DNA of 64,000 nucleotides from an uncultured Bacteroidota bacterium. GTDB lineage: Bacteria > Bacteroidota > Bacteroidia > Bacteroidales > JAAUTT01. The notes below the pieces were generated by a model. The model made no database searches. It saw only the letters and a program-made list of their open reading frames with translations, and was not told the DNA's origin. Positions 32,264 through 42,460 of the stretch are shown in pieces. Made by a program: the position numbers and the translations under genes. Within the stretch, counting starts at the first letter, position 1. Each line of letters opens with the position of its first letter. The stretch covers positions 42,966-106,965 of the forward strand of contig CAVYAE010000066.1 in NCBI GenBank assembly GCA_963766305.1, written 5' to 3'.

Positions 32264-33904
32264 TCAGGCAGTTATTATTTGAGCGGCATCCTGAAGTCCA
32301 AGTTCTTTAATTGATATTTCACGCATTTCCCCCTTTCGTACCTTACCACTTATAGTCATCGGAAAATTATCAGTAAATTTCCAGTATTTTGGTATTTTGA
32401 ATGTGGCAATCTGCCCATGGCAGTACTCACGCAATTCTGTGGATGTAACATCAAAACCTGCCCTCAGCTGCACCCATGCCATAACTTCTTCACCGTATTT
32501 AACATCAGGTACTCCTATTACCTGAACATCAGATATAGCCTGATGTGTCATCAAAAATTCTTCAATTTCACGTGGAGCAATGTTTTCACCACCCCGAATA
32601 ATTATATCTTTAGCCCTTCCAACAATTTTAACATAGCCTTCCTCGTCCATTACAGCCAAATCCCCTGTATGCATCCACCGGTTAGCATCAATGGCATGCG
32701 CAGTCTCTTCAGGCATATCCCAATATCCAATCATAACTGAATAACCGCGTGTGCATATTTCTCCTCTTTCTCCACAAGGAACTATATATCCTGTCTCAGG
32801 ATCAATTATTTTTATTTCCAGATGTGGATGAACTTTCCCAACTGTTGAAACTCTTTTATCAATATTATCATCAGCAAAGCTTTGAGTTGAAACAGGTGAT
32901 GTTTCTGTCATCCCGTAACATACGGTTACTTCTCTGATATTCATTTTACTTATCACAAGTTTCATCGTTTCAACAGGGCATGGTGATCCAGCCATTATTC
33001 CTGTACGAAGTGATGAATAATTATATTTGTCGAATTCAGGATTTGCAAGCTCGGCAATGAACATTGTAGGTACCCCGTATAAAGCAGTACATTGCTCTGA
33101 TTCAACTGTTTTTAAAACAGCCTCAGGTTCAAAGAATTCACCTGGAATTACCATACATGCCCCATGGGTAATACATGCCATATTCCCCAAAACCATTCCA
33201 AAACAATGATAAAATGGCACCGGAATGCATACCCGGTCAAATTCACTGAAAAACATCCTTTCTCCAATAAAAAAGCCATTGTTAAGTATATTATGATGCG
33301 ATAAGGTAGCCCCTTTTGGATAACCGGTTGTACCTGAAGTATACTGAATATTTATAGGGTCATCAAATTGTAAATGCTTTTCACGTTCCTTAAGTTCATC
33401 TTCAGAAATTTTTGTGCCTGCCTGTATAAATTTTTCCCAATCTTTTTCAAGAATAATAGTTCTGTGAGGATATTCACATTCAGGCATAATGTGATTTAAA
33501 ATCTCTACATAATCAGTTTTTCGGAAATAATGGGAAGCAATCAAAAGATTAATCCTGCTTTGTTCAAGTGTATATTTTAAATCAGTGGATTTATAGGCAG
33601 GATTAATATTAACCATTATTGCACCTATGCGGGCAGTGGCAAATTGCACCAAAACCCATTCAAACCGGTTTGGGGACCATATCCCAACCCTGTCTCCTCT
33701 TTTTATTCCATAAGCCAGCAGGCCTTTGGCTACTTCTTCAATTTGTTTCCATAGTTCCTTATATGTTGCCCGGTAGCCTTGTGAAACCACGACAAGTCCT
33801 TCCCTGTGTCCATATTTTTCTACAATATTTCTTAAACATTCCCCGATAGTTTCTCCCTTTAAAGGAATTGAACTAATTCCATTAGAATATGAAAGTTTAC
33901 TCAT
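32264..33904 (-). CDS. AMP-binding acyl-CoA synthetase (YngI/ACSF2-like)
   Basis: [43 protein letters not shown]. Confidence 0.9.
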   Translation of the reverse strand: MSKLSYSNGISSIPLKGETIGECLRNIVEKYGHREGLVVVSQGYRATYKELWKQIEEVAKGLLAYGIKRGDRVGIWSPNRFEWVLVQFATARIGAIMVNINPAYKSTDLKYTLEQSRINLLIASHYFRKTDYVEILNHIMPECEYPHRTIILEKDWEKFIQAGTKISEDELKEREKHLQFDDPINIQYTSGTTGYPKGATLSHHNILNNGFFIGERMFFSEFDRVCIPVPFYHCFGMVLGNMACITHGACMVIPGEFFEPEAVLKTVESEQCTALYGVPTMFIAELANPEFDKYNYSSLRTGIMAGSPCPVETMKLVISKMNIREVTVCYGMTETSPVSTQSFADDNIDKRVSTVGKVHPHLEIKIIDPETGYIVPCGERGEICTRGYSVMIGYWDMPEETAHAIDANRWMHTGDLAVMDEEGYVKIVGRAKDIIIRGGENIAPREIEEFLMTHQAISDVQVIGVPDVKYGEEVMAWVQLRAGFDVTSTELREYCHGQIATFKIPKYWKFTDNFPMTISGKVRKGEMREISIKELGLQDAAQIITA

Positions 33905-33963
33905 AGATTATTAAGATTAACTTTAGTTGTATGTGGTTAGTAATTATAAAAATTATATGTATT

Positions 33964-34872
33964 TTATTCCCATAGGTTTCCCGGATAAACACCAGCTTTC
34001 ACCAAACTCTTTATTTTATCAACGACAAGAGGTTTATCTTCTTTATAGGTCACACCGAACCAAAGATCTGAGCTGCGTAAAACTTTTACTTTAGCCTGAT
34101 TTGATTTTATGAGTTCATCCATAACAAAAGGAAGATATAGTTCAGCTTTAGGATTGTTTATATTTTGCGTGATAAAAGAATGAAATCTATCTTTAAGCTG
34201 GGAAAAAAACAAAGGTGTAAATCCCCAATAGTTCATTGAGGCAATTGATTTCTCATCCACATAAATATTTTTGCCGGTTTCATCCTGGAAAGCCACACCA
34301 TTTTTATCACGGCCTATTTTAGTGCGCTCGGTGACTTTCTTTAAATAATAATTTTCATCTACTTCACAAATGCCCCGTGACACCAAACCATGTTCAGATA
34401 GAGTGTTGTTAAGATCAAATCCTATCATGGAATATGTTGAATCTGTATTAGTGCAACCTGAAAGAAACCCTGACATTTGTTTAAAGGCATCAACACCGTA
34501 ATAATCATCTGCATTTAATGCAGCGAAAGGTGCGTTTATTACAGGAGCTGCAACTAAAACGGCATGTCCTGTACCCCAAGGCTTTACCCTGTCGGCAGGC
34601 ACTTTTAGACCTTCGGGTATCATGTCTAATTCCTGAAAAACATAATCTATATCTATGTGCTTTTGTAATTTATTGATAAAAATTTCCTGAAAATCCTTTT
34701 CCAAATCTTTCCTGATCACAAATACCACTTTCCCAAAACCAGCTCTTATAGCATCGAAAACTGAATATTCAAGAATTGTTTCTCCCGACGGCCCTACCGG
34801 ATCGACCTGTTTCAGGCTTCCGTACCTGCTTCCCATTCCGGCAGCGAGTATTAATAAAGTTGGTTTTGTCAT
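33964..34872 (-). CDS. Sugar-phosphate nucleotidyltransferase-family protein
   Basis: LAAGMGSRYGSLKQ, KPWGTGHA, NADDYYG. Confidence 0.85.
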   Translation of the reverse strand: MTKPTLLILAAGMGSRYGSLKQVDPVGPSGETILEYSVFDAIRAGFGKVVFVIRKDLEKDFQEIFINKLQKHIDIDYVFQELDMIPEGLKVPADRVKPWGTGHAVLVAAPVINAPFAALNADDYYGVDAFKQMSGFLSGCTNTDSTYSMIGFDLNNTLSEHGLVSRGICEVDENYYLKKVTERTKIGRDKNGVAFQDETGKNIYVDEKSIASMNYWGFTPLFFSQLKDRFHSFITQNINNPKAELYLPFVMDELIKSNQAKVKVLRSSDLWFGVTYKEDKPLVVDKIKSLVKAGVYPGNLWE

Positions 34873-35070
34873 TTTTGTATATTATTAACTTTGTTTAACG
34901 CAAATCTTCAAAAATAAAAAAGTTTATTGAAATAGCCAGAAAGTTCTTTAACCTTTATATGATTATTTTTTTTAAAAAGTATCCATAATTAGGTATTAAT
35001 GAAAATGTTTAATATTAAATTTGTGATGTAAAAATGATTGACATTATTGTTTAACTAATATTTTACAATT

Positions 35071-35982
35071 ATGAAAAAACATTTTATCCAAAATTATCCA
35101 AAAATACTTACCCAAAATCAAAATTTTAACTTTCCTTTTCTTATTTTTCACAAAAGCATTAATAATTCATTTTTAGCTTTCAAAGATACAACCACCCAGG
35201 TTAAACCAGCCCGGGAACATTTGGTAAAAATTTTAATATCATCGGTTCTAATAATTAGCATTCATGCAGGTGCATTTTCTCAAGCCCATTCAGACAGCAC
35301 TGGAAGAAGATTTACCCTGGGCATATTGGGAGGGATTAATATTCCTGACCTGAGTGGTGGTAACAGCAACCCTTTAAGTAGTGATTATTCCTCACGTACA
35401 GGCGAGGCCTTTGGGCTTACATATTCCTATTTATTTGGGAACCACATTGCCTTGCGTGTTGATGCCTTGTATTCAAGCGAGGGTGGTAAACGAAACGGAG
35501 CACAGGCTTTCGAATTAAATCCTATAGCACAGGCCCCGGGGTCTTATTTGTATGCCACCTTTGACAATGAATCCATTTTGAATTACTTTGAAGTACCTGT
35601 AATGCTTATGTATAGGGTTAACATAGGAAACTCCTCAAAATGTTATATAGATTTTGGACCTATGATTGGATTTTTATTGAACGCCACTCAGAAAACAACC
35701 GGTACTAGTGCTATCTTTGCTGACAGCGGAGAAACAATTGTTGCAGAACCTGCCCAACCAAATGATTTTAATGCAAATACAAATATTACAAGTAAAATTA
35801 GTCCGGTTAATTTTGGATTAACGGGAGGTATTGGTTTCAGACAGGGAGTCGGGTTTGGCGAAATTATTCTGGACCTTCGCGGAGCATATGGATTAACTTA
35901 TGCTCAAAAAAATACATCAGTGGATGGTAACAATCATATCGGGAATTTATTAATTGCTGTGGGCTATTCAATTCCCATTTAA
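35071..35982 (+). CDS. Small outer-membrane beta-barrel (porin-family/OMP_b-brl_2-like); true start may be downstream
   Basis: Hydrophobic signal ending AFS-Q at about residue 70; GILGGIN, LNYFEVP, GPMIGFLL; C-terminal VGYSIPI. Confidence 0.7.
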   Translation: MKKHFIQNYPKILTQNQNFNFPFLIFHKSINNSFLAFKDTTTQVKPAREHLVKILISSVLIISIHAGAFSQAHSDSTGRRFTLGILGGINIPDLSGGNSNPLSSDYSSRTGEAFGLTYSYLFGNHIALRVDALYSSEGGKRNGAQAFELNPIAQAPGSYLYATFDNESILNYFEVPVMLMYRVNIGNSSKCYIDFGPMIGFLLNATQKTTGTSAIFADSGETIVAEPAQPNDFNANTNITSKISPVNFGLTGGIGFRQGVGFGEIILDLRGAYGLTYAQKNTSVDGNNHIGNLLIAVGYSIPI

Positions 35983-36020
35983 ATGTTGATGTTGAACCAT
36001 AATCAATAAAACATGTTCTG

Positions 36021-36788
36021 TTATATGTGGTCCTGTACAAGGTTTGTTAATGTAACAAATTCATTAACTGATAATTGTTCAGGCCTTTTCGTGAATAAGG
36101 TATTATCAGTATGAGTACTGATAATACTTTTCAGAGAATTATGAATAGTTTTCCTCCTTTGATTAAAGGTTGTTTTAACAACTTTAAAAAATAATTTCTC
36201 ATCGCAACCCAACAAACTGGTGTTGTTTCTTATAAGACGAATGACAGCCGACTTAACTTTAGGAGGAGGATTAAAAACTTTTTCGTTTACTGTAAAAAGA
36301 TATTCAATACTATAAAATGCCTGCAATAAAACACTCAATATCCCGTATGTTTTTGACGAGGGTTTAGCAGCAATTCGTTCAGCAACTTCTTTCTGTAGCA
36401 TACAAATTACCTGATTTACATTATTTTTATTTTCAAGAATTTTAAATAAAATTTGTGACCCTATGTTATAAGGAAAATTACCAATTATTATCAATGGGGA
36501 ATTGAAAAATTCATTAATATTAAAGTCCAGAAAATCACCTGCAATAATCCTGTTTTTTAATAGAGGAAATTTAACAGATAGGTATTCAACTGATTCCCTG
36601 TCAATTTCTATAACATAGGTTGTAAATGACTTATTATCAAGAAGATATTCTGTCAGTATGCCCATGCCCGGACCTATTTCCAACACTGAAGCATTGGGAT
36701 AAGGATTTATGCAGGATACAATTTTTTGAGCAATATTACGGTCCTTTAAAAAATGCTGGCCAAGACTTTTTTTAGCAGTGACAATCAT
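36021..36788 (-). CDS. rsmA: 16S rRNA dimethyladenosine transferase
   Basis: AKKSLGQHFL, EIGPGMG, GNFPYNI, PPPKVKS, FNQRRK; likely start MIVT at 36788. Confidence 0.95.
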   Translation of the reverse strand: MIVTAKKSLGQHFLKDRNIAQKIVSCINPYPNASVLEIGPGMGILTEYLLDNKSFTTYVIEIDRESVEYLSVKFPLLKNRIIAGDFLDFNINEFFNSPLIIIGNFPYNIGSQILFKILENKNNVNQVICMLQKEVAERIAAKPSSKTYGILSVLLQAFYSIEYLFTVNEKVFNPPPKVKSAVIRLIRNNTSLLGCDEKLFFKVVKTTFNQRRKTIHNSLKSIISTHTDNTLFTKRPEQLSVNEFVTLTNLVQDHI

Positions 36789-36847
36789 TTGGTAAAACTG
36801 CAATTTTTTTTTCAATTACATTTGTGTTTAATGAAAAAAGGAAAAAC

Positions 36848-38020
36848 ATGATATACAACTTTGATGAGATTGTAAGACGTGATGGCACTAATTCTCTTAA
36901 ATACGATGGCAGATCCGGGTATTTTGGGGTGAGTGATATTTTACCATTATGGGTTGCTGATATGGATTTCAAAACGCCTGATTTTGTAATGAAGGCCATT
37001 CGACAGCGAGCCGAACATGAAATATTGGGATATTCAATTAAATCAGAAGGTTTTGATAAATCAGTTATAAACTGGATGCAAAGAAGGTTTGAATGGACAG
37101 TTAAACCGGAATGGATTTCTTTCACCCCGGGTGTTGTAGCAGCAATTAATTTTGCCGTTCTTGGCTTTTCTGAACCAGGTGATAAAATAATAATACAACC
37201 ACCTGTATATTTCCCGTTTTTTACTGCAGTAAAGGATCATAACAGGCAATTGGTTGTTAATCAACTTAAAAATATAGATGGACATTATACTATGGATCTG
37301 GATCATCTCGAATCCATAATAGATGATAAAACCAAACTATTCATTTTATGTAATCCTCATAATCCGGTTGGGAGGGTTTGGAAAAGGAAAGAATTAGAAG
37401 ATCTTGGAAATATTTGTGTTAAACATAAATTAACTGTGTTTTCAGATGAAATTCATTCCGACATTATTTTGAATGGTCACGAACATATTCCCTTTGCTAA
37501 AGTTTCAAAGGAATTTGACAATATTACAGTTACAAGTATGGCTCCCAGTAAAACATTTAATATTGCAGGGTTATCCAGTTCAGTTGCAATAATTTCCAAT
37601 TATAATCTTAAGAAAAAATTTGAACATATCCCCAAAAGCCTGCACCTTACAGGTGGTAACATTTTTGGTAATGTTGCCCTGGAAGCCGCATATAGGGAAG
37701 GGGAGGAGTGGCTGCTGCAAATGCTGGCTTACCTTGACAAAAACTTCCGGTTTGTAAAATCATTTATAAATGAAAACATAAAGGAAATAAAAGTTATAGA
37801 TTTGGAAGGCACTTATTTAGTATGGCTGGATTGTACCTCAATTAAAGCCAGGGCAGGAAACCTGAATAAGTTTTTTGTGGAAAAAGCAAAAACAGGCTTA
37901 TCAGGGGGCAATGACTTTGGACCCGGCGGCGATGGTTTCATGCGGTTAAATATAGGATGTCCCTTGTCAGTTTTAAAAGAAGCTTTGCAAAGGATTAAGA
38001 ACGCTGTGGACAAATTGTAG
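36848..38020 (+). CDS. MalY/PatB-family PLP-dependent C-S lyase (cystathionine beta-lyase-like)
   Basis: LWVADMDF, LCNPHNPVGRVW, SDEIH, APSKTFNIAG; likely start MIYNF. Confidence 0.9.
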   Translation: MIYNFDEIVRRDGTNSLKYDGRSGYFGVSDILPLWVADMDFKTPDFVMKAIRQRAEHEILGYSIKSEGFDKSVINWMQRRFEWTVKPEWISFTPGVVAAINFAVLGFSEPGDKIIIQPPVYFPFFTAVKDHNRQLVVNQLKNIDGHYTMDLDHLESIIDDKTKLFILCNPHNPVGRVWKRKELEDLGNICVKHKLTVFSDEIHSDIILNGHEHIPFAKVSKEFDNITVTSMAPSKTFNIAGLSSSVAIISNYNLKKKFEHIPKSLHLTGGNIFGNVALEAAYREGEEWLLQMLAYLDKNFRFVKSFINENIKEIKVIDLEGTYLVWLDCTSIKARAGNLNKFFVEKAKTGLSGGNDFGPGGDGFMRLNIGCPLSVLKEALQRIKNAVDKL

Positions 38021-38032
38021 GTTATAATTTGT

Positions 38033-38560
38033 TTACGTGGTATCCAAATCATAATGATCAAACAGATCTGATTGAAATATTGTCACAGGTGTAGCTTCGT
38101 ACCATTGTTCAAATTCTTGGATATTCAGAAGTTTAAAGTATGCATATGTAACCCACTCGCCACAAATGACCTTTTTTAGTGGTTCGGAAGTATTATCGTC
38201 TAAAATCCACAGGTGAAATATCTGCCATATAGCCTGCACTATTATAAGCCTGAAAAAACCATATCTGTGTTTTCCAAGGTTAGAAGCTACAAATTGAGAA
38301 AGAGCATGTGGACTAAATGCAAATTTGGGACGCAGGACCAGCATTTTACATCCGACAACAGATGAAGGCACAGTATTTGCGATTAAGCCCTGCTGTTCTG
38401 CCTCAGAGGTTAAAAGTTCACCATATACGTCAAATATTAAAGAGGCATGTGACCAGGGTGATTTTTCAAACCATTCTATTGCTCTGGAAATCCATTGATG
38501 TCCTGAATACAAAAGAACATCCCCCGGTCTTAAATTTGAGATTTTAAGGATGGTATTCAT
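38033..38560 (-). CDS. Permuted papain-like NlpC/P60 protein (YiiX/YebB-like)
   Basis: LRPGDVLL, WSHASL (His near the N-terminus), ICGEWV (Cys near the C-terminus): permuted order. Confidence 0.75.
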   Translation of the reverse strand: MNTILKISNLRPGDVLLYSGHQWISRAIEWFEKSPWSHASLIFDVYGELLTSEAEQQGLIANTVPSSVVGCKMLVLRPKFAFSPHALSQFVASNLGKHRYGFFRLIIVQAIWQIFHLWILDDNTSEPLKKVICGEWVTYAYFKLLNIQEFEQWYEATPVTIFQSDLFDHYDLDTT

Positions 38561-38677
38561 AAGTTTATTTATGATTGGGTTAATACTTAATAAAACCTTA
38601 ATATAATTATTTTAGAATAATATGAAAGGATTTATAAAAATCTATTAAATTTAATAATTATTAAATAATAGATTATT

Positions 38678-40327
38678 ATGAACATATTTAACATAAAAAT
38701 TTCTGCTAAAATTAGTTTGGGATTCGGGTTTATTACCCTTGCCCTGATAATAAATGCAGTTATAATTAGTAATGTGTTAGATAAAACAAGACTTATTAAT
38801 GATAAGATTAATAATGTTTATCAACCTTCCCGGATTTTACTGATTAAAATTGAGGATGAAATATTAAATTCAAAACTGCTGGTACAAAATTTTATTTTGT
38901 CCGAAAAAAAAATTGATAATACAGATTCGCAGGCAATTAATTATCTGCATACTACAACATTCCCGGGTTTAAAAAAGGATTTAACAGATATTGCAGAAGA
39001 CTGGGATCAGGTTAACAGGAAGGAACTGCATCAAATATTAAGTATTATAACTGATTCATTATTTAAATACCAAAATAAAGTAATTGATAATAAAATTGCC
39101 TATTCAAAAGAAGATGTTCAGTTCCAAAATGTTAATTTAACCGATTTAGCTTCTGATTACGGAAAAATAGGGCTGGTCACTGCTCAAATTAAAACATTGC
39201 TTGATCAATTGATTGATATTGAACATAAAAATGTTATTTCTTCAATATCCGGGATAGATAGTTATTTTATTCAGCTAAAGAAGAATATAATTTACACCTG
39301 CATTGCCTTGATTATTATTTCCCTGATTACAGCAAATATTACAATCAGAGGATTGGTTGTTCCTATCACTTATATTAAAAATATTCTGCTTTCAATGAGC
39401 AGGGGAGTTTTACCAAAGGACAAAATCAAGGAAGGCAGTGATGAGATAGGTGAAATGTCCAAGGCTTTGAACCAACTGGTGTACGGGTTAAAAAATTTAT
39501 CTTCTTTTGCCCTTGAAATAGGACGGGGAAATTACAACAGTAAGTTTAATCCTCTCAGTGAAGATGATGTAATTGGCAATTCGCTGTTGAGGATGCGTGA
39601 TGACCTTAAATCAGCCGCTATTGAAGAAGCTAAAAGGAAACTTGAAGATGAACACAGAAACTGGGCATCATCAGGTATTGCTAAATTCAGTGATATTTTG
39701 AGGAAGAACAATGATCAGCTGGATATTTTATCTTACAATATTATCAGTAATCTGGTTCAATACCTTGAAGCTAACCAGGGTGGTATATTTATTATAAATG
39801 ACAATGACATTGGTCATATATATATTGAAATGCTTGCCTGTTATGCCTATAACCACAAAAAATATTTGCAGAAAAACCTTGAAATGGGCGAAGGTTTGGT
39901 AGGAAGGTGTATCAAGGAGCGTGAAACTATATACCTGACTGATATTCCAAATGACTATATTAAAATTAAATCCGGATTGGGCAAAGCCAATCCCAAAAGT
40001 TTATTGCTGGTTCCTCTTGCAATGAATGAATATGTTTTTGGAGTTATAGAATTAGCTTCATTTTTGGAAATTCAGCCTTACCAGATTGAATTCGTTGAGA
40101 AAATTGCCGATAGTATTGCAAGCACCTTGTCTACAGTAAAAATAAATATTCAAACTACCAAACTTCTCGAACAATCACGTATTCAGGCTGAAGAACTTGC
40201 TTCCCAGGAAGAAGAAATGCGTCAGAATATGGAAGAACTCAGGGCCACCCAGGAACAATCGTCAAGAAAGGAAGAAGAGCTGAGGCATGCCCTGGAAGCA
40301 ATGCAAAAGCAAATTAATGAACAATAG
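38678..40327 (+). CDS. Membrane sensor: TM, periplasmic helical bundle, TM, HAMP, GAF, coiled coil; no output domain
   Basis: DEIGEMSKALN HAMP; GEGLVG...SLLLVPL...GVIELAS GAF; C-terminal EEEMRQNMEELRATQE coil. Confidence 0.8.
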   Translation: MNIFNIKISAKISLGFGFITLALIINAVIISNVLDKTRLINDKINNVYQPSRILLIKIEDEILNSKLLVQNFILSEKKIDNTDSQAINYLHTTTFPGLKKDLTDIAEDWDQVNRKELHQILSIITDSLFKYQNKVIDNKIAYSKEDVQFQNVNLTDLASDYGKIGLVTAQIKTLLDQLIDIEHKNVISSISGIDSYFIQLKKNIIYTCIALIIISLITANITIRGLVVPITYIKNILLSMSRGVLPKDKIKEGSDEIGEMSKALNQLVYGLKNLSSFALEIGRGNYNSKFNPLSEDDVIGNSLLRMRDDLKSAAIEEAKRKLEDEHRNWASSGIAKFSDILRKNNDQLDILSYNIISNLVQYLEANQGGIFIINDNDIGHIYIEMLACYAYNHKKYLQKNLEMGEGLVGRCIKERETIYLTDIPNDYIKIKSGLGKANPKSLLLVPLAMNEYVFGVIELASFLEIQPYQIEFVEKIADSIASTLSTVKINIQTTKLLEQSRIQAEELASQEEEMRQNMEELRATQEQSSRKEEELRHALEAMQKQINEQ

Positions 40328-40342
40328 TTGCAGCCAATCGGA

Positions 40343-41287
40343 TTATAGTTCCAGCCATATTATTTTATATCCGGTATTTTGAAAAAAATTGCCTGTATTA
40401 TATTTATCTTTTGTACATCCTAAAAAAAATCCTCCACCACCTGCCCCTGTGAGTTTCAGATAAAACAATCCGGAATTAAGGCCGGTTGTCCATAATTTAT
40501 TAATTTCTGAAGGGATCATTTTATGAAAAATTTTCAATTGATAGAGGGATAATTTTTCCCATAAATTAAAGAAAACTTCTTCATTAATCTTGTCATAATC
40601 AACCGGGCTGTTATTATTTACGATTTTATCAACCAGCGAGTCAACATAAGGTAAATACTCACTATCAAACAGGCTTTTATATTCAATACCCTTATAATCA
40701 TCAACAAATAATGTAACAAATGGCCTGCTGTTTCTTGAAATATTTGAATCTATTAAAAACCAATTTTTTGCAGGGATATTAACTTTATCTGCAACCTTTA
40801 CAGATTCATTATTTATAAGTAATACCTTATTGCAATAAATAGCTAAGGGATCGAGGCCTGAACTTTTGCCATGAAAATATGATTCCATTAAGGAAAAAAC
40901 AGATTTTAGATTAATTAATTCATTAGGTGTTGTTTCTTCATGGAATATTTGTTTTGAATACGATTTCAAAATAGCGGCACACACAGCACCGGAACTGCCT
41001 ATTCCATAGCCTGTTGGAATAGTTGACTTTAAAAAAAGCCCTTCATTAATATTTGCTTTTAATTTGGAAATGTCTATAACTTCATTAAAAAACTTGTTAC
41101 CTTCAAGGTAATGAGTAAATTCTTTTAATTCATTATTTGATTTAATTGCTTCATAAGTTGCTGAGGCAACATTAAAGAAATTTAATCGTGCGGAAAATAT
41201 TCTCAAAGGTATTATAAGGCCATTACCACCTTCCAGGATACTGTATTCCCCCAGTAAAAGCAACTTGGGATAAACTTCTTTAAACAT
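40343..41287 (-). CDS. GHMP kinase of the mevalonate pathway (mevalonate or phosphomevalonate kinase)
   Basis: KLLLLGEYS, IPTGYGIGSSGA, HGKSSGLDP, KLTGAGGGGF; overlaps the mvaD stop by 8 bp. Confidence 0.85.
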   Translation of the reverse strand: MFKEVYPKLLLLGEYSILEGGNGLIIPLRIFSARLNFFNVASATYEAIKSNNELKEFTHYLEGNKFFNEVIDISKLKANINEGLFLKSTIPTGYGIGSSGAVCAAILKSYSKQIFHEETTPNELINLKSVFSLMESYFHGKSSGLDPLAIYCNKVLLINNESVKVADKVNIPAKNWFLIDSNISRNSRPFVTLFVDDYKGIEYKSLFDSEYLPYVDSLVDKIVNNNSPVDYDKINEEVFFNLWEKLSLYQLKIFHKMIPSEINKLWTTGLNSGLFYLKLTGAGGGGFFLGCTKDKYNTGNFFQNTGYKIIWLEL

Positions 41288-42369
41288 TGTCTATTTGTTC
41301 AGGTCCATTACCAATATGATCATCTATATATTTTGAATCTTCACAGTAATATAATAATTCATTGCTTATAAATTCTGTAACCTTATTTTTAAATATCAAA
41401 GGATAAATTAAATGAATATTTGGACCTGCATCGATAGTAAAACAAACAGGTATATCTGTTGCACGTCTGAATTGCACTACCTTATTGATAATCTCCAGAC
41501 TCGCCGGTTTGAGTAAAATGTTACCGCCTGAAGATGAAAATAAAAGTCCATGTAAGCTAAGAGCTTCATTCTCAACAATACTTATAAACTTATCAATATC
41601 CCCGTTTTGTAAGGATTTCATCAATATTGAAAAATTGTGCCTGGCCTGTTCATATCTGCCAATAGCATATGGATGAGATTTCATTAGATTATGACCCTCC
41701 CTGCTTGATAACTTTTTTTTCCCTGATGAAACAATTAATATTGTGTCCTGTAAATTTTTAAAAACAGGATCTATTTGAAATGAAACAGGTTGTGCAAATA
41801 AATTTGAAAAACCTGGGTTACCCTCTGCTTCCCCCCAAACTACAAAACCACCATAAATGGACCTACACGCACTTCCTGAACCAAGCCGTGCCATATAGGA
41901 TGCATTTTGAAAAAAAATCATCGGATAAGTTAAGATGTCCTGTTAATTTTGATTTTATTGAACATAAACATAAAGCTAAAGCACCGAAAGCTGAAGCAGA
42001 AGAGGCAATTCCGGCAGAATGCGGGAAATTATTGCCTGAGTGAATATTAAGACTCATTTTTTGTAATTCAGGTATCCCGGTAAGCAATTTTTCAATATAT
42101 GATTTTACTCTTTTTTCAAAGCTACTTTCATTGGTGTCTGCTGATGTAAAAATAATCTTTGGGGCAGTTAAAGAATCAATATATTCATATTCAATGGATG
42201 TTTCAGTATAAGCATTGGATAAGGTGATACTTAATGACGGATTTGAAGGTAATTGGTTGTCATGTTTACCCCAGTACTTTACCAGGGCAATATTTGATGG
42301 ACATCTCCAGGCAATCTTACCTTTATTTTTTCCGGGAGAATATTTCATATCAGGTGAATCTGCAGACAT
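41280..42369 (-). pseudogene. mvaD: Diphosphomevalonate decarboxylase split by a +1 frameshift (real lesion or sequencing error)
   Basis: The N-terminal part has PSNIALVKYWGK and NNFPHSAGIASSAS. The C-terminal part has ARLGSGSACRS and FTIDAGPNIH. The frames switch at an A8 run (41910-41917; T8 on the coding strand). Confidence 0.88.
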
Positions 42370-42460
42370 TTATTTGTTATAGGGTTAATAGGTTTTAAAG
42401 GTTTTACAGGGTTTATATATTAATGTGTTTATTCGTTTATATGTTTATTTGTTTAAGTGT

